From Bacteroidales bacterium (GTDB taxonomy: Bacteria > Bacteroidota > Bacteroidia > Bacteroidales > F082): a DNA stretch of 64,000 nucleotides. The stretch is from the NCBI GenBank assembly GCA_017632935.1, contig JAGBQJ010000013.1, positions 5,970 through 69,969 on the forward strand, written 5' to 3'. Every line of letters starts with the position of its first letter. Within the stretch, counting starts at the first letter, position 1. The notes under the pieces were generated by a model. The model searched no databases, was not told the DNA's origin, and worked only from the letters and a program-made list of their open reading frames with translations. Shown piece by piece: positions 18,789 through 28,219 of the stretch. The position numbers and the translations under genes are program-made.

Positions 18789-18839
18789 GAGGGTTAGGCA
18801 ATGAGAGCTTTCAAGTAAGTAGATGCTTTAAGATAGCAG

Positions 18840-19870
18840 TTGAGGCAGCCGCTGGCGGGGTTTTTGCTCATCATTAAGCCCAAGCTGTGGGTAAGGCGCG
18901 ACGGCCTTTCATAAAGCTTTCTTGCAGGCGAGCCGCCTACATGCCAGATGAGGCCGCACTGGGCATGTGTCGTTTTTCTTTTCGTTGGTTTTTCGTACTA
19001 ACGTGCTTTCGTTATTCGTACTAACGAGCTGACGAAGAAGTTGGGGCTGAAAACGACTCTTGCCCAGGGCGATATAGAAGTGGAGGCAGGCCGTCGCGCG
19101 GCAGCTGGGCGGTGTTGCCGACGAACAGAGTGGCACCCGCAGGAACGAGGACGGCCACCCTGAGCGGCGGCATTACCGCACAGCATTGGGGAGGCAAGGT
19201 TGAAGCTTCCTTCTGCAAAAACCGTGACAGCGGCGGCTTGGTCGGTTAAGGCTAAAAAGAGGACTTATAGGACTGATGGGGCTTATAGAGAAGTCGGTGC
19301 TCTCATACGGGGTGCGGCTGCTGGTATTGGCCGCGTAGGTGAGCGGAACAGGCGTTTTGTGGGTGAGAGACGGCGCGACCGACTACGGCACAACAAGCTT
19401 CTTTTTATGTGTGGCTTTCCAGCGATGGTGTGGCTGGTGCGGTTGGGCGACCTGACGACGGACTGTAGCGGAGCGAGCAGACAACGGCGGAGTTTACGGA
19501 GCCATTGTCTGCCCGTCGGAGCGGAAGGTAGTTGTCAGGGCGCGAAGGGTGGGACTCTCTCGATGAAGCTGAGGGAGCATCGTTTGCGAAGGTGAAAACG
19601 CCCGTGTAGCGACCGTAGCGGCGAATGGCAGCAGCTTAGGCTTGTGCGGCTGGTTGGGATGAACACGATGTGGAGCCACCTAAGCGATGCGAGCAGGCGC
19701 AGGGGAAGGCAATGCGGAGAGGCGTTAATGGAGCGTCGGAACACAGTGAGGAACGAACCGTGTTCCGACGCGGAATGGTAGCCCGTAGCACTGACGGCCA
19801 CAAGACAAACGCTTCGCTGGGGGCGGAACACCTTGACGGGGATGGGGTGGTGATGCTATATGATAATGGT
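18840..19870. other. ORF-free, G-rich non-coding block B; candidate structured RNA
   Basis: No credible ORF in any frame. It contains a copy of the block-A repeat unit (about 19395-19512) and several strong hairpins (GCAGACAA/TTGTCTGC at 19477-19512; CGGAACAC/GTGTTCCG near 19737-19770). Confidence 0.5.
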
Positions 19871-19943
19871 CACCAAAGAGGTCATTTGCAAGCCTTGTTT
19901 TGTGATTTTTTATAATAAGGTATTTTGCCTGACAATAATTGCT

Positions 19944-19951
19944 TATATTTG
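19944..19951 (+). promoter_or_regulatory. -7 box (TATATTTG), with a TTTG -33-like element at 19924-19927; candidate promoter of the 8-gene operon
   Basis: Matches TAnnTTTG. The spacing to the upstream TTTG is 16 nt. It implies a ~300-nt AT-rich leader before 20258. Confidence 0.4.
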
Positions 19952-20257
19952 CGGCATGAATTGGCGCGAATTGTAGGCGCAAGGATTTTTGTAATAACAA
20001 TCTAAACCGTTAAGAAATAAAGAAATACACAAATACAAACATAAGACATAGCAAAGCATAACGACAACTTTCTTCTGCTTTAAAAATTGCCAATTAATCA
20101 CGAAGAAAATCTCTTGAAATTGTCAGTATGCCCACCTATAGCGTGGGACTGGACTATTTTCTGGAGATTAGGGTTACGGCAATTACCCAAAGCAGCGGGA
20201 AACGGTTAGGTTTCACGCTTTTTTATTGTCGTTCAGAAAAATACAAACAAAAAAAAG

Positions 20258-21568
20258 ATGTATATGAAAAGGCCATTTAGAATAAAAACAATAAAGAGAG
20301 CCAGAAAATGGATGAAACATCAATACGATGTGATAGCGGTGTTGGCCGTATCTTGTGTGGCTATTCTGTCTTCTTGCTCTGGTGATATAAATTCAAATTT
20401 TGATTCCCATTTTACCAATGATGGTTATTTAATACAGGATAGCACAAAACAGGATAATAAAGTACCCTTGACAAAAGCAAAGTTTTATGTTGAGGTCTCT
20501 GGAAGTATGAATGGCTTTTTTAGAGCTGGACAGCCGACAGATTTCAAAAAAGATGTTTGGCAAATACTCAGTTATTATTCACCTATTGCGCCTGGCGTGA
20601 CTATTTTGACAAATAATGGTGATGAAGGTAAAACTTATGATTTGAGTAATTTCCAGACTCAAATGAACACTGGTGCTTTTGTTTCGACCGCTTCAACGAG
20701 AGTACCTTTGATGCTTCAATCTATTATTGATAATTTGGATGCGGATAACGGGGAGGTTGCAGTACTTATTTCAGATATGAAATACAGTCCTGTTGGGCAA
20801 GCTGCGCCCAAGGTGCTGTTGACACAATACAGCACTGATGTCAGCAAGATCTTTGGACAGTACGGTAAAGCTATAAGTCTGGTTTGCGCCACATCTAATT
20901 ATCTGGACAAAAAAGGAAATTCCATTTGCGATGCTTCGCCATATTATTTTCTGATAATTGGCAACGACAGCGGTGTTGCAGAAATGCGTGATGGTATTTC
21001 CACCCTATTAACCAATGCTGGCAGGTTCGTTGACAACATTGAGAGCGGATTTAATTATGGCGGGATTAAGGAGAGTTTCGGTATTCCGAAAAAATGTTTC
21101 CAGATGGATATAAACGAGCCAACATTTGTTGAGTATGAAGAGGCTGATTCTTACGACACCTGCATCATCAATTTAAAAGTGGATTTGGCACCTTATCGTT
21201 GGATTCTGACCGATGAAAGCTATTTTGCAAGAGCTTTCAAGGCAAAAACCCTCTACGGAGCCAACCTTGTTGTAGATGACGTGAACATTGTAGTAAAAAA
21301 CATCACTGACAAGCAGTTGAAACGTACAGCAGAGGCCACGGTAAGACTAAAGCTGTTCAATATGCCCACAGATTCCGATGTCATTGAATGGACATTAGAG
21401 TTGCCTGACACGGATTACACTTTGTTTGGACAATTCTGTGGCGCGACTGCCGAAGAAGATGTTACCAAATCATATTCCATAGAAGATTTCCTTGTTGGTA
21501 TGTTCTACGGTGGTGTGGTAAATACAACGCTTAATCCCAATTACATTTTAGTTTCAAAAAATAGTTAG
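20258..21568 (+). CDS. vWA-like lipoprotein (operon gene 1)
   Basis: The alternative start at 20312 gives the lipoprotein signal MKHQYDVIAVLAVSCVAILSSC. KFYVEVSGSMNGFF is a degenerate MIDAS (E-x-S-x-S) and VAVLISDMKYS is a vWA beta-4-like strand. Confidence 0.6.
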   Translation: MYMKRPFRIKTIKRARKWMKHQYDVIAVLAVSCVAILSSCSGDINSNFDSHFTNDGYLIQDSTKQDNKVPLTKAKFYVEVSGSMNGFFRAGQPTDFKKDVWQILSYYSPIAPGVTILTNNGDEGKTYDLSNFQTQMNTGAFVSTASTRVPLMLQSIIDNLDADNGEVAVLISDMKYSPVGQAAPKVLLTQYSTDVSKIFGQYGKAISLVCATSNYLDKKGNSICDASPYYFLIIGNDSGVAEMRDGISTLLTNAGRFVDNIESGFNYGGIKESFGIPKKCFQMDINEPTFVEYEEADSYDTCIINLKVDLAPYRWILTDESYFARAFKAKTLYGANLVVDDVNIVVKNITDKQLKRTAEATVRLKLFNMPTDSDVIEWTLELPDTDYTLFGQFCGATAEEDVTKSYSIEDFLVGMFYGGVVNTTLNPNYILVSKNS

Positions 21569-21573
21569 TCGTT

Positions 21574-22017
21574 ATGAAATTACTGAAGCTGTATCAATGG
21601 ATCGCAGGAAAGTTGACCGAATTTTGCGCTCCATTCCAAAACAACGAGAGCTTGTATCAACAAGCCAGAGCCTTTTGGGGCAAGTTGGAAGGCATTTCAA
21701 CAATACTTTTAATCATCGCAGTGGTGATAGGTGTTTTGTTTGCCGTCATCTACTACAAGCCATACAACAACAAGCCAGGAAGACACTATACCCCCAAGTA
21801 TTGGGTTATTTTCCTGATTATAACATTTGTGGTGGCTTTTCTGTTGACATTGGGATTTGAATATATCTCAGTGGCACCACACTTAAAAGGCGCAATGTTG
21901 CTTGAAACTAAAATTGCACTTGGGAATGGAATCTATGCTTCAGCATTGTATTTCATTGTTTCGGTTTTGTGGTGCAACGCGCTACCGACTAACGCTTATC
22001 GATTGTTTGAATTCTAA
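21574..22017 (+). CDS. Small integral membrane protein, 3 TM (operon gene 2)
   Basis: Hydrophobic segments ISTILLIIAVVIGVLFAVIYY, YWVIFLIITFVVAFLLTLGF and IYASALYFIVSVLWCNAL. It starts 5 nt after gene 1. Confidence 0.65.
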   Translation: MKLLKLYQWIAGKLTEFCAPFQNNESLYQQARAFWGKLEGISTILLIIAVVIGVLFAVIYYKPYNNKPGRHYTPKYWVIFLIITFVVAFLLTLGFEYISVAPHLKGAMLLETKIALGNGIYASALYFIVSVLWCNALPTNAYRLFEF

Positions 22018-22029
22018 ACCCAACCCGAT

Positions 22030-23427
22030 ATGAAAAAAGTATTTGTTTTTTGCATTGGAGGTACTGGCATTCGCGTGATGAAGAGCATCACGATGCTGAT
22101 GGCAAGCGGAATGAGTACCAGCGGTTTTACCGTTGTCCCTGTTATCCTTGACCCGCACTTGGATTTAGAGGAAAAGAAGAATTTGCACTCGTTGATAGAA
22201 TCATACGAGGAAATATATCGACACTCAGTCAACAATGGGACATCAACGTTGAATTCTCTTGATGGCTTTTTCAATTCTGAAATGCTTACCATCGGAGAAC
22301 TCAATGAACAACTCAATGACACCCAACAAGCGGCTGGAAACACTGAAAAGTTCCGTTCATATATCAACGTGGCCAACCTTGGTGCAGATAATGTGAACAA
22401 CTATTTCGTACAGACGCTGTTTTCAAATAAGAATCTAAACAATCCTTTGTCGGTCGGCTTCAAGGGGAATCCCAATGTCGGTACCGTAGTGCTCGGTGAA
22501 ATGATTGAGGGAGCGGATTGGTTCAAAGCGTTTAAGACCAAATGCGAGAAAGACGACAGGGTATTTATTATTAGCTCCATCTTTGGAGGCACTGGGGCTT
22601 CAGGTTATCCGCTGCTGGAGAAAAAGATTAGAGGAGCTTCTGATAATCCAACAGTTAAAAATGCACTGATGGGAGCAGTGACTGTGTTGCCGTACTACGG
22701 GCTAAAAGATCCTACGACAACGGGCAGTGACATTGACTCGGCTAACTTCTACACTAAGACAAAAGCGGCTCTTGCCTATTACCAGAACACTGTGCAGTCG
22801 GATTATCTTTATTACGCAGGAGAAAAGACTTTGAGGCAGGTCTATGAGAATGACGAAAAGAAGCAAGAGGACACCGCTAACTTCATTGAACTGGTTGCCG
22901 CATCAGCCTTGTTTGATTTTCTAAAGAGAGAAAGACCGGACAGAAAACAATATATGACCAGGGCAATTGACGATGACGTGGAGTCATTAGACCTTGTGAC
23001 GATGGGCAGTGGCTATAAGGAAATCGTCAAGTGTGTTGCCGACTATATGATTTTGAGAACCTTTATTCAAAATCTTCCCAACGAGAAATACTTCCCTTTG
23101 AAGAAGAACAGAGGACTTGATGGAGGTTTTTACAAAGATGCAGCATTCCAATCATTGGTGCGCTTTACTGAGAAATACTATCAATGGTATTATGAACTTT
23201 CGACGAACAATCGTGCGTTTGCTCCATTGCACTACGACAGCATTAAGCAGATGGATGGATGGGTAAAAACCATCGACCTTGACGCAAAGGATGATTCATA
23301 CTATCTGCTCCGAATGATTGAGGCCAGCAATAGATACACAAAGAAGGATCATAGCAACAAATTCAGGTTCTTCCTGCAATTCGCCTATGAAGCAATAAAT
23401 GGTTACACACAGAAAATAATGAAATAA
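22030..23427 (+). CDS. Tubulin/FtsZ-superfamily-like GTPase (FtsZl-1-like, putative; operon gene 3)
   Basis: N-terminal T1-like loop VFVFCIGGTGIRV and T4-like signature SSIFGGTGASG (nt 22585-22605; compare the tubulin signature [SAG]GGTG[SA]G). No obvious FtsZ C-terminal domain. Confidence 0.55.
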   Translation: MKKVFVFCIGGTGIRVMKSITMLMASGMSTSGFTVVPVILDPHLDLEEKKNLHSLIESYEEIYRHSVNNGTSTLNSLDGFFNSEMLTIGELNEQLNDTQQAAGNTEKFRSYINVANLGADNVNNYFVQTLFSNKNLNNPLSVGFKGNPNVGTVVLGEMIEGADWFKAFKTKCEKDDRVFIISSIFGGTGASGYPLLEKKIRGASDNPTVKNALMGAVTVLPYYGLKDPTTTGSDIDSANFYTKTKAALAYYQNTVQSDYLYYAGEKTLRQVYENDEKKQEDTANFIELVAASALFDFLKRERPDRKQYMTRAIDDDVESLDLVTMGSGYKEIVKCVADYMILRTFIQNLPNEKYFPLKKNRGLDGGFYKDAAFQSLVRFTEKYYQWYYELSTNNRAFAPLHYDSIKQMDGWVKTIDLDAKDDSYYLLRMIEASNRYTKKDHSNKFRFFLQFAYEAINGYTQKIMK

Positions 23428-23430
23428 GAT

Positions 23431-26400
23431 ATGGCAAAAGTTGATTTAAATATTGTTGATAGAGGCACTAACAGTTCCGAATGGAAAGCAGAAGGAACGC
23501 CTTTGCAATCTGGCGACCTTGACAAAGTGCTTGAACAGAAGACCGACAATAGTGGTGCATTGAACTCGCTTCCCACACCTTTTGCCAGGTTTTTTGTCGC
23601 TCGCGAAGCTTTTAGAAGAGTCAATGAAGAGAAGCTGAATCCAAAGGAAGGGGCTGGCTTTGCCTATACGCAATTAGTTTCTGATATCCTTGATGTCTAT
23701 GAACTGTTGTTTAATCTGAAATACCACAAGAACAACACTTGGAAAGATGGTCAAAAGCTGGAGCTGAGAGAATGGAATAGAAAGGAGAATCTCGATTATC
23801 TCAAAGCGAAGATGCCTGTTCTATATAATTCTGTTGTAGATTACTACAAGACAGATATCCTCGAGGACAAACTGTATTTTCTCGTCTATACTGAGAATGG
23901 CAAAGAAGTGTTGTTGGCTTGCAGCTCCCCCATCACAGGCTTTGTCACACCGCCAGACATGGACAAGGCTGTTCTGAAGAAAGACAACACCGACACTATC
24001 TGTTTTACAGGTGAGCAATACCAAAACCTGCACATTAGGAGAAAATCAGGCGGGGAGTATTTCAGAGGTGATGTCAGACTGTTTGACAAGAGAGATGCTG
24101 AGTTTAAGAATTACATGTATTCAATGTTGTTTGGCACTGATACCGTTGACGAGAGATTTAAGGCCATCAAGGAATATGTGCGTAGTTTCAACAATGACCC
24201 AGAGATACGCAACGATTTTAGATTAAAGACAACTCCGGTGTTGACCGACCAGAATGACGGTTTGGTAATAAATGGGCTTTGCATACAGTCTTCAGATGAA
24301 ATTGATATCAACAGCTATTTCACTGACACCATGATTCGAGTACCTTATCGCATTTCGAGAGACACATTCAAATCGGTCGTTTATCAGAACGATGTTCAAG
24401 GTAGAAATTATGACTATTTGCTGCCTTTCAAGCCTGAAGTGATGAATCTGTTTGATGGAAAAGAACTTGACTCTGATGTACACATCAACAGAAATTCCGT
24501 AACGGTCACTTTACGCTATAATGGGAAGGAATACTCGAAAGAATACTCTCAAGACACCTTCCGTGCTGGTCAAGGTAGAATTGTTGACCTGCAAGGAGCG
24601 AAGATTAGCTTTGACCTTGGCATCTTCCCCAATATCCTATCCTATAAGGATGTCGAGAACAATTACTTCAAGGTGCTTGTGGTTGCAGCCGATGAAGATG
24701 CTGATGCCCCCAACTTCAATATCGACCAAATCAATCTTGCTTTTTTCAAGCAAGCTGAAAATGGTTGCAAGCAGATAAAAGAAGTTGTTCCTGAAGACAT
24801 GGCTGAATATGGCGTGGAGCCAGCAGCGGTACGTTCACGCCAAAAAACGGACGTAGAAGAAAGCGGCACCAAGTTCTATGAACTGTTTAACACGTCGTTT
24901 GACATGATTGAAATCAATGTCATGGGTGACACAGGTCTGTTGATGCCAGTATGGCAACACAGCCAAGCAAGCAATGAAACCTTTACCTATGCAATTGACC
25001 TTGGAACGTCCAATACATTTATGTCGCGTTGCAAGAATGACAGCCAAGGCAATCCGGACCTTAGCAGGAAGCCTGAACTCTTCAAGATGGATAAGACGAT
25101 GGTGAATTACATGCATGAGTATTCAGACGATACGCAGTATTCCATCACTCGACGCATAGAAGATTCGATTTTCAACAAGGCAAAAAAGAAAATCAAGACT
25201 GAATTTGTGCCAGCTGTCATCGATGGCAAGGACTATAGATTCCCCATCCGCACTGCTTTGTGTGGTATTCACAATAAGACCAAGAAGCCGAAATTGTTTG
25301 ACAACCACAACATCGCTTTCTTCTACGAGAAACTCATGGCGAACGACGACCAGGATGTGAACACCGACATCAAGTGGGAACAAGACGAGGACAAATTGCG
25401 CGTCTTTGTTAGAGAGCTGCTGCTCATCATCAAGTGCGATATTCTGCAAAGGAATGGCGACCTTGACAGAACCAATCTCGTTTGGTTCAGCCCATTGAGC
25501 TTTATGGGGAACACAAGAGAGGTTTATCAGAACATCTGGAACACTGAGCCAAAGAAAATACTGTTCATCCAGCCACAGCAAATCGTTCGCTATTCAGAAT
25601 CCGAGGCACCCTATTACTACTACAAGAAGATGGACTACATCAAGGATTCTGATGCCGTTACTGTCATCGATATTGGTGGTGGCTCGACTGATTTCGTGTA
25701 CTTCAAGGATAATGAGCCGCAAGTTGCCAATTCCGTCCATTTTGGATGCGATGTGCTCTGGGAAAATGGTTTCAATGCGTTTGCCAATGTTAGGGAGAAT
25801 GGTATATTCAAGAAATACGTTGACACTATTCGTTTCCAAAGGAAAGACCTTGAAGACTTGAATGAGTGCTTCAAGAATGTTGATTCCGTGAAGACCAAGG
25901 ATGTTATCAATTTCTGGCTTAGCAATGCCAAGGATTGTGACATCATCAAGTTCATGAGCCAGGACTTCAAACCCGTGTTTGCTTATCACTTAACAAGCAT
26001 CCTTTACTACATGGCCAATATGTACAAGGATAAAGGACTTGAAGCCCCGAGAACCGTGGTATTTAGCGGAAACGGCAGCAAGTACATCGACAATTTCATT
26101 TCGAGCGAAAGCAACATCCTGAAAGAAATTATTGATTTGATATTTGCGACAGTGTTTGGAGGAACGCATAATGTAAACATTAAGCTTCCTGATGAACGCA
26201 AGGAGTCGACCTGTTATGGTGGTTTGTATCGTGACAAGAACGCTCCGATAGTTAAAGATGTCGTTTACCAAGGCGATGTAACAAAGAGCTACGAAAAGGT
26301 GGGCGACATGAATAGCAACTTAGATTCGTTGAAATCTGTGCTGATGACCAAGTATAAGGATCTTGCTGCCTTATATAAGTCCGTCTTGGATTTGCTCAAA

Positions 26401-26592
26401 AAAGAGAAAATCATCGACGGGACTTCAGATACTCGTCGTTATGTCAGCAAGGCAGAGGAAGATATGGGTACACCATTCACTACCTACTACAAGACGCAAG
26501 TCAAGGAAAAGTATGGTGAAGAAGTTATCTATAACGATTCCGTGTTTTTCTTGCCCGTAATCAACAAGGTTTTTGAAATGACTAAAATCTAA
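23431..26592 (+). CDS. Large (1053 aa) protein with a C-terminal Hsp70/actin-like (ASKHA) ATPase domain (operon gene 4)
   Basis: Phosphate-1 motif YAIDLGTSNTF (nt 24991-), phosphate-2 motif VIDIGGGSTDFVYF (nt 25663-), adenosine motif VVFSGNGSKY (nt 26056-). The N-terminal ~500 aa were not recognised. Confidence 0.6.
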   Translation: MAKVDLNIVDRGTNSSEWKAEGTPLQSGDLDKVLEQKTDNSGALNSLPTPFARFFVAREAFRRVNEEKLNPKEGAGFAYTQLVSDILDVYELLFNLKYHKNNTWKDGQKLELREWNRKENLDYLKAKMPVLYNSVVDYYKTDILEDKLYFLVYTENGKEVLLACSSPITGFVTPPDMDKAVLKKDNTDTICFTGEQYQNLHIRRKSGGEYFRGDVRLFDKRDAEFKNYMYSMLFGTDTVDERFKAIKEYVRSFNNDPEIRNDFRLKTTPVLTDQNDGLVINGLCIQSSDEIDINSYFTDTMIRVPYRISRDTFKSVVYQNDVQGRNYDYLLPFKPEVMNLFDGKELDSDVHINRNSVTVTLRYNGKEYSKEYSQDTFRAGQGRIVDLQGAKISFDLGIFPNILSYKDVENNYFKVLVVAADEDADAPNFNIDQINLAFFKQAENGCKQIKEVVPEDMAEYGVEPAAVRSRQKTDVEESGTKFYELFNTSFDMIEINVMGDTGLLMPVWQHSQASNETFTYAIDLGTSNTFMSRCKNDSQGNPDLSRKPELFKMDKTMVNYMHEYSDDTQYSITRRIEDSIFNKAKKKIKTEFVPAVIDGKDYRFPIRTALCGIHNKTKKPKLFDNHNIAFFYEKLMANDDQDVNTDIKWEQDEDKLRVFVRELLLIIKCDILQRNGDLDRTNLVWFSPLSFMGNTREVYQNIWNTEPKKILFIQPQQIVRYSESEAPYYYYKKMDYIKDSDAVTVIDIGGGSTDFVYFKDNEPQVANSVHFGCDVLWENGFNAFANVRENGIFKKYVDTIRFQRKDLEDLNECFKNVDSVKTKDVINFWLSNAKDCDIIKFMSQDFKPVFAYHLTSILYYMANMYKDKGLEAPRTVVFSGNGSKYIDNFISSESNILKEIIDLIFATVFGGTHNVNIKLPDERKESTCYGGLYRDKNAPIVKDVVYQGDVTKSYEKVGDMNSNLDSLKSVLMTKYKDLAALYKSVLDLLKKEKIIDGTSDTRRYVSKAEEDMGTPFTTYYKTQVKEKYGEEVIYNDSVFFLPVINKVFEMTKI

Positions 26593-26597
26593 AGGCT

Positions 26598-28208
26598 ATG
26601 CTTGTTATTTCATTTGTAGCGTTTGGCCTTTGCCTTTGCTTTCAACTAAAGTATTTTCTTGAAACAAGGAAGCAACGAGAGTTATACTATCATTTCTTCA
26701 AAAAGAAGCAGCCATACGATGTTAGTTTAACTGAAGTTAATACAGAAGTCTATACTCAGTTAGTGCAAGTAGGTGAAGAAGGTTCAGACTTAAATCAGCT
26801 TATTGAGGAGATTAACCACTATATTCTTAAAACCAAAGGCACTACTGATTTTGCTGTCATACAAAACAAGGTAGAGCGCAAGTTGAATATGCGGTATGAC
26901 CAATCTGTTGCTAAATTGTCGTTTCCAACCCATTTCGGTCTGATGGGAACCTTCCTGGGGGTTTTTATTGGAGTTTTAATGTTTATTATTGGCTTTGATA
27001 GTACAAATGGAATAACGGACAATTCAATAAAGAACTTGCTTGAGGGCGTTCTTGTCTCTATGCTAACCAGTTTATGCGGATTGGGTCTGACCACATGGAA
27101 TAATGCCAGGGCTGGAGAAGCGAGAAAGAAGATAGAAGAAGATAAGAATGAGTTCTATGATTTTGTACAGACAGAGTTGATGCCTTCGCTGGATGTTAGT
27201 ATGGTAGCTGCTATCAGTAAATTACATCAAACAGTTGACCGTTTTGAACCAGCATTTGACAGGGTTATCAATCGTTTCCAAACCACGTTTGACAATTGCA
27301 CAAAGGCATTTGGCGATAGCTTCGAAAAGAATGTTAGGGCTGTTGCTACTGCGGTAGATGTGATGGGTAAAAACATGGATAAAATCAATGAAAATATCGA
27401 CCTTCAAGAGAGACTCCTTGCTACATTTAAGAGTGGTGAGCTGGTGCAAGGACTTGACAGATACATTGAGGCATCCAACAACTTCGTCAGTATTACCCAA
27501 TCGCTCAATAAGTTTGAAGAGGCTCGCAGGATGATGTTGGCGGCCACGCAAGAGGCCATCAATCTTCAGAACGCATATAGTGACTCGTTGCAGGTTCCTC
27601 GTGAAGTTGCCGTGCGCATCAATCAGATACTGGATAGAATTAAAGACTTCGAGGAGAATATAAATCGCATCGGAGGTCAACTTGAAAGAAGGGATATACT
27701 TGGCAATGATGTTGTGAACAAATTACAGGAACAAATCAGTGGCATATCGAAAAAGGGCAAGATTGCGGACAAGTATTTGGAAATAGCTGATGGCCGGTTG
27801 GAGGATTTATACGCTCAACAAACCAAGGTAATAAACGAGATGAACAGGCGATATAGAGAAGCACTTGAAGGACACATAGACGGCTTTGAGAAGATGATTG
27901 TGCATCAAACCGAGGAGCTTGAAAAGCGTCATGGTGACTTTATGAAGGCCATTGAAGAGCGGCTGACCATTGAAGATGTGCGCCAAGAATTTGTGAATTT
28001 GGGCAAACTGAAGGACATTGATGGAAAGATGGCCGAAGTTTCAAAGCGTGTTCCTACTTCTGACGAAATACAAAAGGCTGTTCAAAAAGCCATGCAAGAT
28101 GCAGTTCAACCAATTCAGAAGGAATTGGATGAAATGAAGAAAGACTTTAGAAAGCAAATGGAAGAATCCAAATCTGGCGTTTTCGGAGGCCTGTTTGGTA
28201 GGCGTTGA
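26598..28208 (+). CDS. MotA/ExbB/ZorA-like membrane protein with a long C-terminal coiled-coil tail (operon gene 5)
   Basis: TM1 is at the N-terminus. A MotA-type TM pair follows: FPTHFGLMGTFLGVFIGVLMFIIG and LLEGVLVSMLTSLCGLGLTTWNNA. The remaining ~360 aa are E/K/L/Q-rich and heptad-like. Confidence 0.65.
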   Translation: MLVISFVAFGLCLCFQLKYFLETRKQRELYYHFFKKKQPYDVSLTEVNTEVYTQLVQVGEEGSDLNQLIEEINHYILKTKGTTDFAVIQNKVERKLNMRYDQSVAKLSFPTHFGLMGTFLGVFIGVLMFIIGFDSTNGITDNSIKNLLEGVLVSMLTSLCGLGLTTWNNARAGEARKKIEEDKNEFYDFVQTELMPSLDVSMVAAISKLHQTVDRFEPAFDRVINRFQTTFDNCTKAFGDSFEKNVRAVATAVDVMGKNMDKINENIDLQERLLATFKSGELVQGLDRYIEASNNFVSITQSLNKFEEARRMMLAATQEAINLQNAYSDSLQVPREVAVRINQILDRIKDFEENINRIGGQLERRDILGNDVVNKLQEQISGISKKGKIADKYLEIADGRLEDLYAQQTKVINEMNRRYREALEGHIDGFEKMIVHQTEELEKRHGDFMKAIEERLTIEDVRQEFVNLGKLKDIDGKMAEVSKRVPTSDEIQKAVQKAMQDAVQPIQKELDEMKKDFRKQMEESKSGVFGGLFGRR

Positions 28209-28219
28209 TACTGAGCATT

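Noticed and set aside
16560-19900. GC-rich blocks as a known RNA (rRNA fragment, tmRNA, RNase P, riboswitch, group II intron, retron msr/msd, DGR template)
   Set aside because: I could not find the hallmark motifs of any of these by eye. There is no group II domain V and no reverse transcriptase gene anywhere in the window for a retron or DGR. The blocks are left as unassigned candidates.
16859-19915. Short ORFs (60-131 aa) inside the GC-rich blocks, e.g. 16963..17259 and 19200..19595
   Set aside because: Their compositions are extreme in Arg/Ala/Gly/Pro. No frame persists and none has a start context. They were treated as non-coding. Stop-codon recoding was considered, but no frame looks protein-like even when stops are read through.
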